A stretch of 56,547 bases of DNA from positions 1-56,547 of IMG/VR virus record IMGVR_UViG_3300012926_000006. One strand, 5' to 3'. The position numbers and the translations under genes were made by a program. Shown here one piece after another: positions 27,249 to 35,940 of the stretch. The number at the start of each line of letters is the position of its first letter. Position 1 is the stretch's first letter. Source of the stretch: a virus. Lineage: Duplodnaviria > Caudoviricetes. Below the pieces are notes generated by a model. It searched no databases. It was not told the DNA's origin and saw nothing but the letters and a program-made list of their open reading frames with translations.

Positions 27249-27492
27249 TGCTGACCCCAGCTTCCAGCATGGCATCAGCCATTGCAAATGCTTCTCTTGC
27301 AACGACAGAATAGGCGGGTATAGCAGGGTCAATTAATAATGTCTGCATCGCCTTAGCCGCGTAATACTGTCTAACCGTCAGCCCGTGGAAAATATGCTGC
27401 CCGTATTCAACCGAAGATGGAAACGCCGGTCCACCTTCAAAGTCAGCAACGTCATCCAGGTGTTTATCAAGTTCCTCAATCGTATATTCCAT
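27241..27492 (-). CDS. Conserved phage hypothetical protein
   Basis: GGPAFP..GLTVRQYYAAKAMQ..AMADAML motif. Confidence 0.7.
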   Translation of the reverse strand: MEYTIEELDKHLDDVADFEGGPAFPSSVEYGQHIFHGLTVRQYYAAKAMQTLLIDPAIPAYSVVAREAFAMADAMLEAGVSND

Positions 27493-27516
27493 ACCATCCC
27501 CCTTTTAGAGTTGGCA

Positions 27517-27545
27517 TGTATATCTGAGTAAATAGCCTGTGTCAA
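27517..27545 (-). promoter_or_regulatory. Sigma70 promoter, copy 2
   Basis: TTGACA-17-TATACA; shares TATTTA and GATATACATGC with copy 1. Confidence 0.7.
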
Positions 27546-27574
27546 GAGTCTGGACAGTAACCGTGTTTTAACCG

Positions 27575-27769
27575 TTATCTACCGGTTAAACGTTGAAGCA
27601 TTTCGGCTTCGGAATCAAACTGTTCAGCAGTACCGTAGCTCACTGTTGTGTAATAGGGTTTAAACCCGTTCTGCAACATATTGAATAAGCAGCGGTCATA
27701 GGCGGCTAGTTCTTGTGCGGCCCATGCGTTGAACCTGTCCATTTGGGCTTTGTATTCTTCGTCGGTCAT
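27575..27769 (-). CDS. Hypothetical protein
   Basis: Coupled ORF. Confidence 0.4.
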   Translation of the reverse strand: MTDEEYKAQMDRFNAWAAQELAAYDRCLFNMLQNGFKPYYTTVSYGTAEQFDSEAEMLQRLTGR

Positions 27770-27948
27770 GATGATTTACTTGTAACTGAACCGTCAGATA
27801 GTAGTGTTGATTTCAATCCTACCAGCCGATTAACTTCCGATGCGTAATTCAGTATCCATTGCAGATCATAAACAGGCAGCTTGATTAACTCTGCTTCAAT
27901 GTCGTCTAGCAATTTATGCCGGGCTTGTTGTTCAGGGGTTAGGCTCAT
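27766..27948 (-). CDS. Hypothetical protein
   Basis: Coupled ORF. Confidence 0.4.
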   Translation of the reverse strand: MSLTPEQQARHKLLDDIEAELIKLPVYDLQWILNYASEVNRLVGLKSTLLSDGSVTSKSS

Positions 27949-28066
27949 TGAACCCGCCGCATTATCCGCAATAAATATGCAGTATCACTGGCTACGATCA
28001 GCGCATAAGGAGAACGCACATAGCCGTGAGAATAACCAGCGAATAAACCTTCTCTTTGGTTGCGGC

Positions 28067-28306
28067 TCATAGCGGCAGAAAGGTAACAATTGTTTTCCGA
28101 TTCCTGTCATATACTACCTTGACCGGCTTTCCTTCATGCTCCAGCAACCATACCGCCGTGCGCAGAGACAGGCTTTCAACAAACTTCCCATCACTGTTCT
28201 GTATCTTGGTGACAAGCTGCTTTAAGTCCATCCGGTTTAAATGGAGATCATACCGCTCTGATGCCCTGCGCTTGGCGTGCCTGCGCTGTGAGTGCAGCTT
28301 GATCAT
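28067..28306 (-). CDS. Basic protein, possible RelE/BECR-like fold
   Basis: HAKRRASERY...VKVVYD..IVTFL. Confidence 0.45.
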   Translation of the reverse strand: MIKLHSQRRHAKRRASERYDLHLNRMDLKQLVTKIQNSDGKFVESLSLRTAVWLLEHEGKPVKVVYDRNRKTIVTFLPL

Positions 28307-28722
28307 GGCTTTTTTACAAGGTCCATCGCTGCAATCTGCATCTGCATTAAACAAGACTTCAAATAGGTGTTCTCTTGCTCAAAACTATCCGCACGATCTT
28401 GCATGCATTGATGGTCTTGGAGGAATGATAAATTTTCTGAACGTAGCCGCGCATTCTCTTTTTTCTTAAGTACATGCTCAGCCATCAGAGCTTGATAATT
28501 AGCATTCATTGCATCAAGTTCTGAATTTATGCCTTTGTTTTCTTCCTGCAACTGCACCATGTCAGCAAGAGGTTCCGCATAAACCTCCATCACCTTATTA
28601 CGCGATATCCCGGCATCCTGTACCGTCTTCGCAAAGTCTGCTGTTGACTGGTTAAAGGTTATATAGGCGCTCGCGTCCATCGGTCCCGATGCCTGCCAGA
28701 TTATCCAGCCAAATGGTTCCAT
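28303..28722 (-). CDS. Hypothetical coiled-coil protein
   Basis: AAGGGG RBS; upstream TTGCAT-17-TAGCCT. Confidence 0.5.
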   Translation of the reverse strand: MEPFGWIIWQASGPMDASAYITFNQSTADFAKTVQDAGISRNKVMEVYAEPLADMVQLQEENKGINSELDAMNANYQALMAEHVLKKKENARLRSENLSFLQDHQCMQDRADSFEQENTYLKSCLMQMQIAAMDLVKKP

Positions 28723-28775
28723 ATCACCCCCTTTTAGAAGGTAACAGGCTAGACTAAGAATTGTAAAAATGCAAG

Positions 28776-28949
28776 TTAGAGCAACGCTTTTTTCAACTTG
28801 TCAAATACGCCCGGCTGACTGACCCTAGTGGACTTTCTTTTTTTAGGCGGCGATGGTGCGTTCTGCAATGCCTGATTGTCTACCGCTCTCTTTGCTTCCC
28901 GAACTGTCTTCTGGTCAGGTGTGGATTTGTCTATTTTATGTTGTGCCAT
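28776..28949 (-). CDS. Small basic protein, 57 aa (not in ORF track)
   Basis: MAQHKIDKS...FDKLKKALL. Confidence 0.4.
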   Translation of the reverse strand: MAQHKIDKSTPDQKTVREAKRAVDNQALQNAPSPPKKRKSTRVSQPGVFDKLKKALL

Positions 28950-28993
28950 GATTTCACTTCTGAAATGGAACGTTTATCGGACTCGCTGGAAAT

Positions 28994-29434
28994 TCAAGAC
29001 CCCACCACCGACCCATCATCCCAAATGAATTCCGACACTGGGAAGTGGGCACCACACCCAACGCAATAAGTCCCACCGTAAAACTTAGGGTCGCGTGCGT
29101 ATGTCTCGGATAAGGCTCTGCCCATCGTCGTTACAGCCCCACAATACTTGGTGTCCAATTCCTTTTGAGTCCAGTACCTACCAGTGACCGGCGAATGACT
29201 TTCAGGATACGTTTCAAACTTCACATAGCCATACTGATCGTATCGCTCATGCTCTTCTGGCGTCATGTCCCTTAGCGAATATTGCGACTGCTTGCCTACG
29301 TGTTTATAGGTATCTCTGTAAGGTCTGACAAAGCCCTTGGCGCGTTCCTCTTCGGATAGGACTAAGTAGGCAGACTGCTGCCCGTCTGGCTTAGTCTCTT
29401 TTAATCTTGAGTCTGTAGGGTCAGTTGTAATCAT
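28994..29434 (-). CDS. Conserved phage zinc-binding hypothetical protein
   Basis: H..CG..TTM..ETYARDP.FYGGTYC..C..H. Confidence 0.65.
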   Translation of the reverse strand: MITTDPTDSRLKETKPDGQQSAYLVLSEEERAKGFVRPYRDTYKHVGKQSQYSLRDMTPEEHERYDQYGYVKFETYPESHSPVTGRYWTQKELDTKYCGAVTTMGRALSETYARDPKFYGGTYCVGCGAHFPVSEFIWDDGSVVGS

Positions 29435-29454
29435 TGTGATTTATCAATGGACGT

Positions 29455-29649
29455 TTAAGAAACCAAACCTTTTAGGCTTGCCATTTCCGCCTCTAGCTCC
29501 GAAAGCTTTGTGGTCATGTCATATAGCGCCGTTGCAGCTACGTTATCGCAGTAAATCCAATGGTGACTGCCATCCGCTACTGTAATGCTGAAGATCGGTT
29601 TCAGATTGTCCGGCATTACTTCTGGAGGTGCGCTAGGTGGAGCTAACAT
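29455..29649 (-). CDS. Hypothetical protein
   Basis: ORF. Confidence 0.35.
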   Translation of the reverse strand: MLAPPSAPPEVMPDNLKPIFSITVADGSHHWIYCDNVAATALYDMTTKLSELEAEMASLKGLVS

Positions 29650-30203
29650 GGTTGCCTAAATGCAATGGACGTTTATCAGGTCCGGTAAAGGAATAGGGGT
29701 ACGTCGCCGCTTGCGGGGAGTCCGCCCCCTGAGTTTGAGAATCTGGATTTTTTGATATTAAAATTGCAGATTGGATAATACTTTGTGTGCTAATGCTACG
29801 CTCACGATTCAAATCCATATAGCAATCACATACCGCTCTACCACACAGGCCGCAATCCATACCCACCTTTCAACCAAGGGGTATTTTTCAATGCCCTGGT
29901 TCACTGATAAGGGGGAGTCCCCCTAGAATATAATAATCTATTATGTCTATCTCTATAAGGCTGTAGGTCTACTTGAAAGTCTGTAGCAATTACAGACGCA
30001 CTGCACATCAGACCGGCTTACTTAACCCTCATGCACGTCTACGCAATGAATCAGTGAATTGTTGGTATAAACCCGCGTTTTCTGAGACTTTCTTGCGTAA
30101 TGGGCAATGTTCGTTTAAAGTCAACAATTACTTGGATTTCAAAGCCGGAAACGTTCAGAATGACGTAACGCAAGGCGATGCCCATTAATCACACATAACC
30201 GCC

Positions 30204-30659
30204 ATGACTGACACAATAGAATCCAGCCTAATCATCGGCCCTCAGTGCTTCCCTAATACTGCTAGGCAGATCGCTATAGACCAACACGTTACAGAAGCGC
30301 AAATAGGCTTTATGGTAATGCGTACTACTGTAGGGCCTAAGACAGTCTATTGCTGCTGGGCTGGCGGAGAGCTAGACCCTACGCAGAGAGTCCCACTGCT
30401 TACTATGGTAGGTAGAGGCGCAACGGAAGCTTTAACCAGTCTACCTGGGAAGACTACAGCCCTTATATTTGCGGAATTAAAACTTGGGCCTACTCCACTG
30501 CAGGAAAAGGTTAAGCAAGTCATACTAGACGCGCCTGAAGGTTCCCGCATATGCTTTCTAGGTGACTTGGCTGGGTCGCTGGATGGCAAAATGGGACCGG
30601 CCTTTAACTTGGCCGGTAAGCCTTTGATGCTGGATGACCTACCCACCGAGGAAACCTAA
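30204..30659 (+). CDS. Hypothetical protein
   Basis: First ORF of plus-strand operon, TAATG-coupled. Confidence 0.5.
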   Translation: MTDTIESSLIIGPQCFPNTARQIAIDQHVTEAQIGFMVMRTTVGPKTVYCCWAGGELDPTQRVPLLTMVGRGATEALTSLPGKTTALIFAELKLGPTPLQEKVKQVILDAPEGSRICFLGDLAGSLDGKMGPAFNLAGKPLMLDDLPTEET

Positions 30660-31441
30660 TGCGCCTATTAATCCTATCCGACCTGCATCATGAACACTGG
30701 GGCGACTCTGCCCCTAAGACTGACCTTGCACTATGTAACCCTGATGTCGTTATCCTTGCGGGGGATATTGATAAACAGATTAACGCCGTGCTCTGGGCGG
30801 AGACTGCTTTTATCGGCTTGCCCGTCCTGTATGTCGCTGGGAATCATGAAGCCTATGGGTCTAATCTGGAACCTACGCTAGACAAGATACAAGCGGCTTG
30901 CGATAGGTCGCACAACGTCAACTTCCTCAATGCAAGCAGCTTCGTATCGAAAGCCAGTAAGGTACGCTTCATCGGTGCAACCCTATGGACAGACTTTGCG
31001 GTCTTTGGCCTGGATGAGCGCCCTAGAGCTATGTTGGCCTGTCAAGAGTCCATGAACGACTACCACATCATCCGTCTTGCGAACGAGAACTACAGGAAGC
31101 TTACCCCAAGGGATACGGCTGAACTCCACTACCAGCACAAGACATTTATCGCTCAGCAACTGGCGGAACCCTTTGACGGCAAGACTGTGGTGATTACCCA
31201 TATGGCCCCGTCTTACTTTTCCGTACCAGACGAATATAAAGCCGATATTGTTTCTGCTGCCTATGCGTCTAACCTGGAAGCCTTGGTGGAAAAGGCTGAC
31301 CTCTGGATACACGGGCATACACACCATAGCTTTGACTATCGAATCGGTAATGGTCGTGTGGTGTGTAATCCTTGCGGCTATCGTACTAGGTCTGGACCTG
31401 AGAATCCGGCCTTTAATCCTAACTTTATTGTGGAGATATAG
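30659..31441 (+). CDS. Calcineurin-like metallophosphoesterase
   Basis: SDLH, AGDI, GNHE, THMAP, HGHTH, CNPCGY. Confidence 0.9.
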   Translation: MRLLILSDLHHEHWGDSAPKTDLALCNPDVVILAGDIDKQINAVLWAETAFIGLPVLYVAGNHEAYGSNLEPTLDKIQAACDRSHNVNFLNASSFVSKASKVRFIGATLWTDFAVFGLDERPRAMLACQESMNDYHIIRLANENYRKLTPRDTAELHYQHKTFIAQQLAEPFDGKTVVITHMAPSYFSVPDEYKADIVSAAYASNLEALVEKADLWIHGHTHHSFDYRIGNGRVVCNPCGYRTRSGPENPAFNPNFIVEI

Positions 31442-31443
31442 CT

Positions 31444-31698
31444 ATGTTTGCAAAAGGCCAAATTAACAAAGATGACCCAGCTACAGCCATTGCAATCGGC
31501 AAAGCTTTGGAGGAAATGTTTCCTGGCTTCCTGCCTATCCTTATCCTCTGCGAATCCATAGAAGAGGATGGCAAGACCATGCTGGACCCGTTCACTATTA
31601 CAAAAATGAATCCTAAAGACTTGGCAGATTTCTTTCTGTATATGTCCAAGACCTTTTATGAAGACACTAACCGAGAGGTTAAAAGTGTCAAACACTAA
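31444..31698 (+). CDS. Hypothetical protein
   Basis: GGAG RBS. Confidence 0.45.
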   Translation: MFAKGQINKDDPATAIAIGKALEEMFPGFLPILILCESIEEDGKTMLDPFTITKMNPKDLADFFLYMSKTFYEDTNREVKSVKH

Positions 31699-31778
31699 GC
31701 GCGAATGGATATTCTTACTCTGCCCCTGGCCGATTTATCTTTGCGCCATGATCTTTTTTAAAGAACTGAGGGTTCCTG

Positions 31779-31997
31779 ATGAAAACGATTAAGGATTCTA
31801 AAATCTTTGCAGACCTAGCACAAGAAATTGCCGATAGGCTTCCTGGGTTGGATGTCATCCTGATTGCAGTAGAGTCAGTTGACGATGGCGCAGACGTTGC
31901 AATCGGCACTACCTTAGAGCCTGACGAAGCCAGAGACATCATGCGCCGTATAGGCCGCAAGACTCCTGATTCTGTTGTACTTAAAAATACCCACTGA
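31779..31997 (+). CDS. Hypothetical protein
   Basis: GAGGG RBS. Confidence 0.45.
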   Translation: MKTIKDSKIFADLAQEIADRLPGLDVILIAVESVDDGADVAIGTTLEPDEARDIMRRIGRKTPDSVVLKNTH

Positions 31998-32006
31998 AAG
32001 GAGACT

Positions 32007-32699
32007 ATGAACTGTCCTACTTGTAACGGAGAACTTAAACCCGTCTTACCAATGCCACACATGGACCTTGAGAAATTTAATAAGGACAAGGCCGGTGACT
32101 TGTATTGCGAAACATGCCTTGAAGGTAAAGGCTACCGCCATTTCTGGAATCATCAACTATCCGCCCAGCGCAAAGTATTAGGCTTGCCAACTAAACTAGG
32201 AGAAACAATGACACCACAATACACACTTAAAGAAATCATCTCTTTTAAACTTGCTGGACTGCCTGCGACTGAAGCCGGTATCTATTACCGTATCAAGGTA
32301 GAAAGCTGGCCTTACTCTAAGAACGGTTCAACCGGCTTATATGAAATCCCCGGCAAGTACACAAAAGGTCAGACCCTTCCGGCTCCCATCCATCCACCTG
32401 GAATTCCGCAAGACCCTAAAGCCCGTGGAACTGGCAAGAAACGCGGCAAGCTGACATTGCAAAGCAGTGATGGAAAAATATTAGCAGTAGTCAAACCTAC
32501 CCCGGCACCAAGCCCATTTCAAGGAATTGACTTGCCTTTACTGGGTCTTGTTACCGTTAGGCTTACGCACTGGGAATCTAAACACGGGGTTATCTCTGCC
32601 GACAAGCGCAATGAAGTCACGCACCTGATGTATGACTATGCGCTGAAGTCTCAGGACCACGTTCAAGCTATTGATTTCGTTTTGAAAGTCTTATCTTAA
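32007..32699 (+). CDS. Hypothetical protein with N-terminal zinc ribbon
   Basis: CPTC...CETC; GGGAG RBS. Confidence 0.5.
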   Translation: MNCPTCNGELKPVLPMPHMDLEKFNKDKAGDLYCETCLEGKGYRHFWNHQLSAQRKVLGLPTKLGETMTPQYTLKEIISFKLAGLPATEAGIYYRIKVESWPYSKNGSTGLYEIPGKYTKGQTLPAPIHPPGIPQDPKARGTGKKRGKLTLQSSDGKILAVVKPTPAPSPFQGIDLPLLGLVTVRLTHWESKHGVISADKRNEVTHLMYDYALKSQDHVQAIDFVLKVLS

Positions 32700-32708
32700 G
32701 GAGTCTTT

Positions 32709-32915
32709 ATGGTTGCGCTAAACGGACCCGGTAAATATGATGACCTTTGCTCCTATGTTATGGACCAGACTCAGGCTAATCTTGCTGTGGTCTTAGTCTA
32801 TGGCGGCAATCGCGGTGAAGGCTTTTCGGTACAAACTACTGATCTACATATCTTGAAAACTTTACCAGATATGCTGGAAACGATGGCGCAACAAATAAGG
32901 GAAATGCACAAATGA
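32709..32915 (+). CDS. Conserved phage hypothetical protein
   Basis: GPGKYDDLC..GG.RG.GFSVQ. Confidence 0.55.
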   Translation: MVALNGPGKYDDLCSYVMDQTQANLAVVLVYGGNRGEGFSVQTTDLHILKTLPDMLETMAQQIREMHK

Positions 32916-33244
32916 AATACTTCGGCCCTGAATGCTCTATGAAAGAAGGCGAAACCCTTGTAGACACGCCGGTCGGTGTTCAGTGCATCTATTGTGAATC
33001 ACCAATCCTAGCGGTAGAAATGGGAACCCTGGAACCTATGGGACCATTACATTACGAATGCCACATGCGAATGATCGTCGGTTCTGTCGGCCATCAGCTT
33101 AAGCAATGCTCCTGTTTTGGTGGGACTCTGGAAGACCCTGAAGGCTTGACTAAACGGGAAGCTTCTATCGTTGCTTATAAGCTCTATAGGGGCATCTATA
33201 CCGCCCATGACATCGATAAACTATTTAAAAAAGGTGAAAAATGA
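32912..33244 (+). CDS. Cys/His-rich hypothetical protein
   Basis: CIYC..HYEC..GSVGH..CSC. Confidence 0.55.
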   Translation: MKYFGPECSMKEGETLVDTPVGVQCIYCESPILAVEMGTLEPMGPLHYECHMRMIVGSVGHQLKQCSCFGGTLEDPEGLTKREASIVAYKLYRGIYTAHDIDKLFKKGEK

Positions 33245-33525
33245 TTTTTCTTGCAGCACTTGTTATCCCATTAATTCTGATCTTTTCCCCGCTTTGTGAA
33301 AAGCTGGGAATCACTGGAAAAATAGTAACCTTCATTATCGCTGCACCTATCACCTTGATTGCTGCTGCTGCAATTCAAGTAGCCGCGTCAACTCCTGAAC
33401 AACTTAAAGCAGCAGACCAAGAAGTTAGGGAACGAGACAGGAAAGAACAAGAGGCAGGCTGGCAAAAAGAAGCAGATGACGAAGCGAAAAAGAAATTCTA
33501 TAACGCTACCAAACAATACCGATAA
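33241..33525 (+). CDS. Membrane protein (two TM, charged tail)
   Basis: Hydrophobicity pattern. Confidence 0.5.
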   Translation: MIFLAALVIPLILIFSPLCEKLGITGKIVTFIIAAPITLIAAAAIQVAASTPEQLKAADQEVRERDRKEQEAGWQKEADDEAKKKFYNATKQYR

Positions 33526-33526
33526 C

Positions 33527-33733
33527 TTAAATCCAATCTAAGCTAGGTTCCGATCTTAGATGCTCCCTGGCGGTCTTCCAGTCCTTTGCCTTGATGACTT
33601 GAATCTGCACACATCCACCGTGTACAAAGTCATCAAGGAATTCCTTCTTATCCGGGTCTTTCTGTTCGTATTGCAAATAGTAAGTCTTGTCCTTGAACAT
33701 CGCTTGATGCTGAACTTTGGTAATGGTTCTCAT
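33527..33733 (-). CDS. Hypothetical protein
   Basis: Coupled ORF. Confidence 0.4.
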   Translation of the reverse strand: MRTITKVQHQAMFKDKTYYLQYEQKDPDKKEFLDDFVHGGCVQIQVIKAKDWKTAREHLRSEPSLDWI

Positions 33734-33912
33734 GTATAGCGGACTTTGCCGTCGATATACTGCCTGGAATCCATCGGGATTTTCTTGCCGATGTGCTCTA
33801 CAGGGTAGGTTGCCATCCAGAGGTTAAATAATTCTTTCTCTGCCTTCTGAATACCCTTCCCTTTTAGCTCCTGGTTCCTGGCTTCATCGTGGCTTTTGCG
33901 ATAGGTAACCAT
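33730..33912 (-). CDS. Hypothetical protein
   Basis: Coupled ORF. Confidence 0.4.
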   Translation of the reverse strand: MVTYRKSHDEARNQELKGKGIQKAEKELFNLWMATYPVEHIGKKIPMDSRQYIDGKVRYT

Positions 33913-34194
33913 TATTCTTTTACTGAGAATTGGCCTGTGAAAAATTGGCCTGTAAATTGGTCACTGGTATTGATATCGCGTTGCGGCATGCGTTGCTCAA
34001 GCATAGAAACCCTGCGCTGCAAGACTATAATCGCGTCAGCCAACTGTCTTACTATCTGCAATAAATGGTCTTCTTGGTCGTGTTCCATGATATGCCCTCA
34101 ATAGGAAAAGTTTCTGCCTGCCAGCTACCTTAAGCACTGACCGATAAACATGGGCTAACCAACATAAACCCGGAATAAGCAAAAACTTTACTTA

Positions 34195-34320
34195 TTGATG
34201 CCAGTCTTTCCTGGCTGCCAGTCTGATCACCGCGAAGGACTGTACCGAAAGGAGGCGCACGGCTCAAACTGCAAGGGTTATCTGCCCCACCCTATGCTAG
34301 GGTTAATCCCACCCGCTACG
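34195..34320 (-). ncRNA. Candidate structured intergenic RNA
   Basis: CAGUC..GACUG hairpin followed by GCCAG-GAAAGA-CUGGC hairpin in an intergenic gap. Confidence 0.3.
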
Positions 34321-34323
34321 ACT

Positions 34324-34518
34324 TTAATTCTCTTCAACACTCAACAACGACAACGATGTAATGATGATCGGCTTGCGTTGCAATCTTTCTTCAACTAGTG
34401 CAACGATTTGCGGATAGTTTGTGATGTTGACTTGTTCCGGCAACTTCACCACACCACCGTTAAATCCGTAACCAGTTTCTTCATTCCACATTGCACAGTA
34501 GTGATACAGATAATTCAT
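34324..34518 (-). CDS. Hypothetical protein
   Basis: ATGA-coupled ORF. Confidence 0.45.
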   Translation of the reverse strand: MNYLYHYCAMWNEETGYGFNGGVVKLPEQVNITNYPQIVALVEERLQRKPIIITSLSLLSVEEN

Positions 34519-34850
34519 TTTTCCTCTTTGTACTCTACTGTCTCAGCCGTTGCCAGATTAAACTTTGCCGCTTCTTGTTCACCTAACAGAAGTCGGAGCT
34601 TTTCTTTTAATTGTTCGTCCGTAAAGCCTGTCAGTTGTGTTTCACCTGTGTGATGAATTGCCGTTAGACTTGGCAAGATACGATCTAAGGCCATGCCCAA
34701 AAGCCTTGCGCCGGTCGGGTTCATTTCACCCACCTTTTGCGCGTCTATTTCTTCAATCAGCCTTAAAACTAATCTCGGCCCTTGTACTTCTGCAAGCCAC
34801 TGCGGGGAACCTGGAACTAATCCTCTTGGTCTTGGTGTAGTGATGTCCAT
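34515..34850 (-). CDS. Putative terminase small subunit
   Basis: EMNPT.ARLL..ALDRILPSL.AIHHTGE..FTDEQL resembles podoviral TerS; no other candidate near TerL. Confidence 0.5.
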   Translation of the reverse strand: MDITTPRPRGLVPGSPQWLAEVQGPRLVLRLIEEIDAQKVGEMNPTGARLLGMALDRILPSLTAIHHTGETQLTGFTDEQLKEKLRLLLGEQEAAKFNLATAETVEYKEEK

Positions 34851-34878
34851 TGTATTTTCTTAAGCTTGAGTAAATAGC

Positions 34879-35103
34879 TTATCCAGGCATCATATTAGAC
34901 GGTCTTAAGCTACTTACAAGTTTTTCTTGTTCCGCTTTCCATTTCGCATCACGGATTGCACCATAGCGCCTTTCACGGTCGCACTTATGGGAACAACAGG
35001 GAACTTCCCTGCCATCTTCTCTGGCTTTGTTGACTTGACTATGCTGCGCCCTGAATAGCTTTTCACAGATAGGACACTCACAAAGAACTACTTTTGCGCT
35101 CAT
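34879..35103 (-). CDS. Zinc-finger hypothetical protein
   Basis: CPIC..F...CCSHKC. Confidence 0.5.
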   Translation of the reverse strand: MSAKVVLCECPICEKLFRAQHSQVNKAREDGREVPCCSHKCDRERRYGAIRDAKWKAEQEKLVSSLRPSNMMPG

Positions 35104-35113
35104 GAAATTTATT

Positions 35114-35165
35114 TTGCGAAAACTCAAAGATAATACTTGTATGTACCTATATTGAGGTATATAGT
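35114..35165 (+). promoter_or_regulatory. Operator plus sigma70 promoter (duplicate of 35859-35909)
   Basis: TTGCGAAAACTCAA, then TTGTAT-17-TATAGT with TACCT-N6-AGGTA in the spacer. Confidence 0.7.
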
Positions 35166-35193
35166 TCTACTTATCAACAAAACGGAGGCAAAC

Positions 35194-35457
35194 ATGAACC
35201 AAACTAAATCCATTAAATACACAGAACTGCAAGTGGGCAATGTCGTTCGTTTTTACGGTGCTCGGTTTGAGATCGTAAATGCTGTCATGTACCGTCAAGA
35301 CGCAGACCACATCGCACAGTACGGCGTTATAAGCCACACTATGGTAGCGAAAGGTAAATGGTTAGACGGAGAAATCATCACCGGATATTTCGGTCCTACA
35401 AAGGACTGGAATTTCCAAGGCAATAGCAATGCGTCAGTAACGATTGAAATTCAGTAA
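35194..35457 (+). CDS. Hypothetical protein
   Basis: GGAGG RBS. Confidence 0.55.
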   Translation: MNQTKSIKYTELQVGNVVRFYGARFEIVNAVMYRQDADHIAQYGVISHTMVAKGKWLDGEIITGYFGPTKDWNFQGNSNASVTIEIQ

Positions 35458-35465
35458 TTCAAACC

Positions 35466-35486
35466 GCCCTGGATTCCAGCCGGGGC
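35466..35486 (+). promoter_or_regulatory. UUCCAG-loop hairpin 1
   Basis: GCCCUGG-AUUCCAG-CCGGGGC before CAAAGGGG RBS. Confidence 0.5.
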
Positions 35487-35509
35487 TTTCTTAACCAAAG
35501 GGGCAACAC

Positions 35510-35698
35510 ATGAACACTCAAACTATCCAGATGAAACGCTTGATCGCGTTCGTTGAATCGCACGGTAACAAAGTGGTTTCCAACACTGAAACAACGATCA
35601 GTGCTGAAATTGAACTCAACACCAACGGAGTTTGGAAAACTGAAGTCGAAACTTTCCCCGCTACTGTCAGCGCCGCCCGTGACTGGCTGGGGTACTAG
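35510..35698 (+). CDS. Hypothetical protein
   Basis: RBS; C-terminal RDWLGY motif. Confidence 0.55.
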   Translation: MNTQTIQMKRLIAFVESHGNKVVSNTETTISAEIELNTNGVWKTEVETFPATVSAARDWLGY

Positions 35699-35700
35699 CC

Positions 35701-35823
35701 ATGCGGCTCGTTTGGTGTGTCCCTGGCGTTCCTGATGACTTCAGCCGCTATACCGAAGCTGACCGATACTGTAAGTCTCAAGGCTTGTCACCACGACAGA
35801 TTTACTTTGATTACCGCTACTGA
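35701..35823 (+). CDS. Small protein, 40 aa (not in ORF track)
   Basis: MRLVWCVPG...YFDYRY, followed by terminator. Confidence 0.4.
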   Translation: MRLVWCVPGVPDDFSRYTEADRYCKSQGLSPRQIYFDYRY

Positions 35824-35826
35824 CTC

Positions 35827-35849
35827 AAGGCCCGGATTTCCGGGCTTTT
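35827..35849 (+). terminator. Terminator
   Basis: GCCCGG-ATTT-CCGGGC plus T tract. Confidence 0.75.
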
Positions 35850-35858
35850 GTGTTTTCT

Positions 35859-35909
35859 TTGCGATTTCTCAAAGATATCCTTGCATATACCATTTTTCAG
35901 GTATATACT
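35859..35909 (+). promoter_or_regulatory. Operator plus sigma70 promoter
   Basis: TTGCGATTTCTCAA, then TTGCAT-17-TATACT. Confidence 0.7.
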
Positions 35910-35940
35910 CTGTTTCATCAACTCACAAAGGGGAAACAAA

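Noticed and set aside
35731-35790. Second hammerhead at CTGATGA
   Set aside because: No downstream GAAA with matching stems; lies within a small ORF
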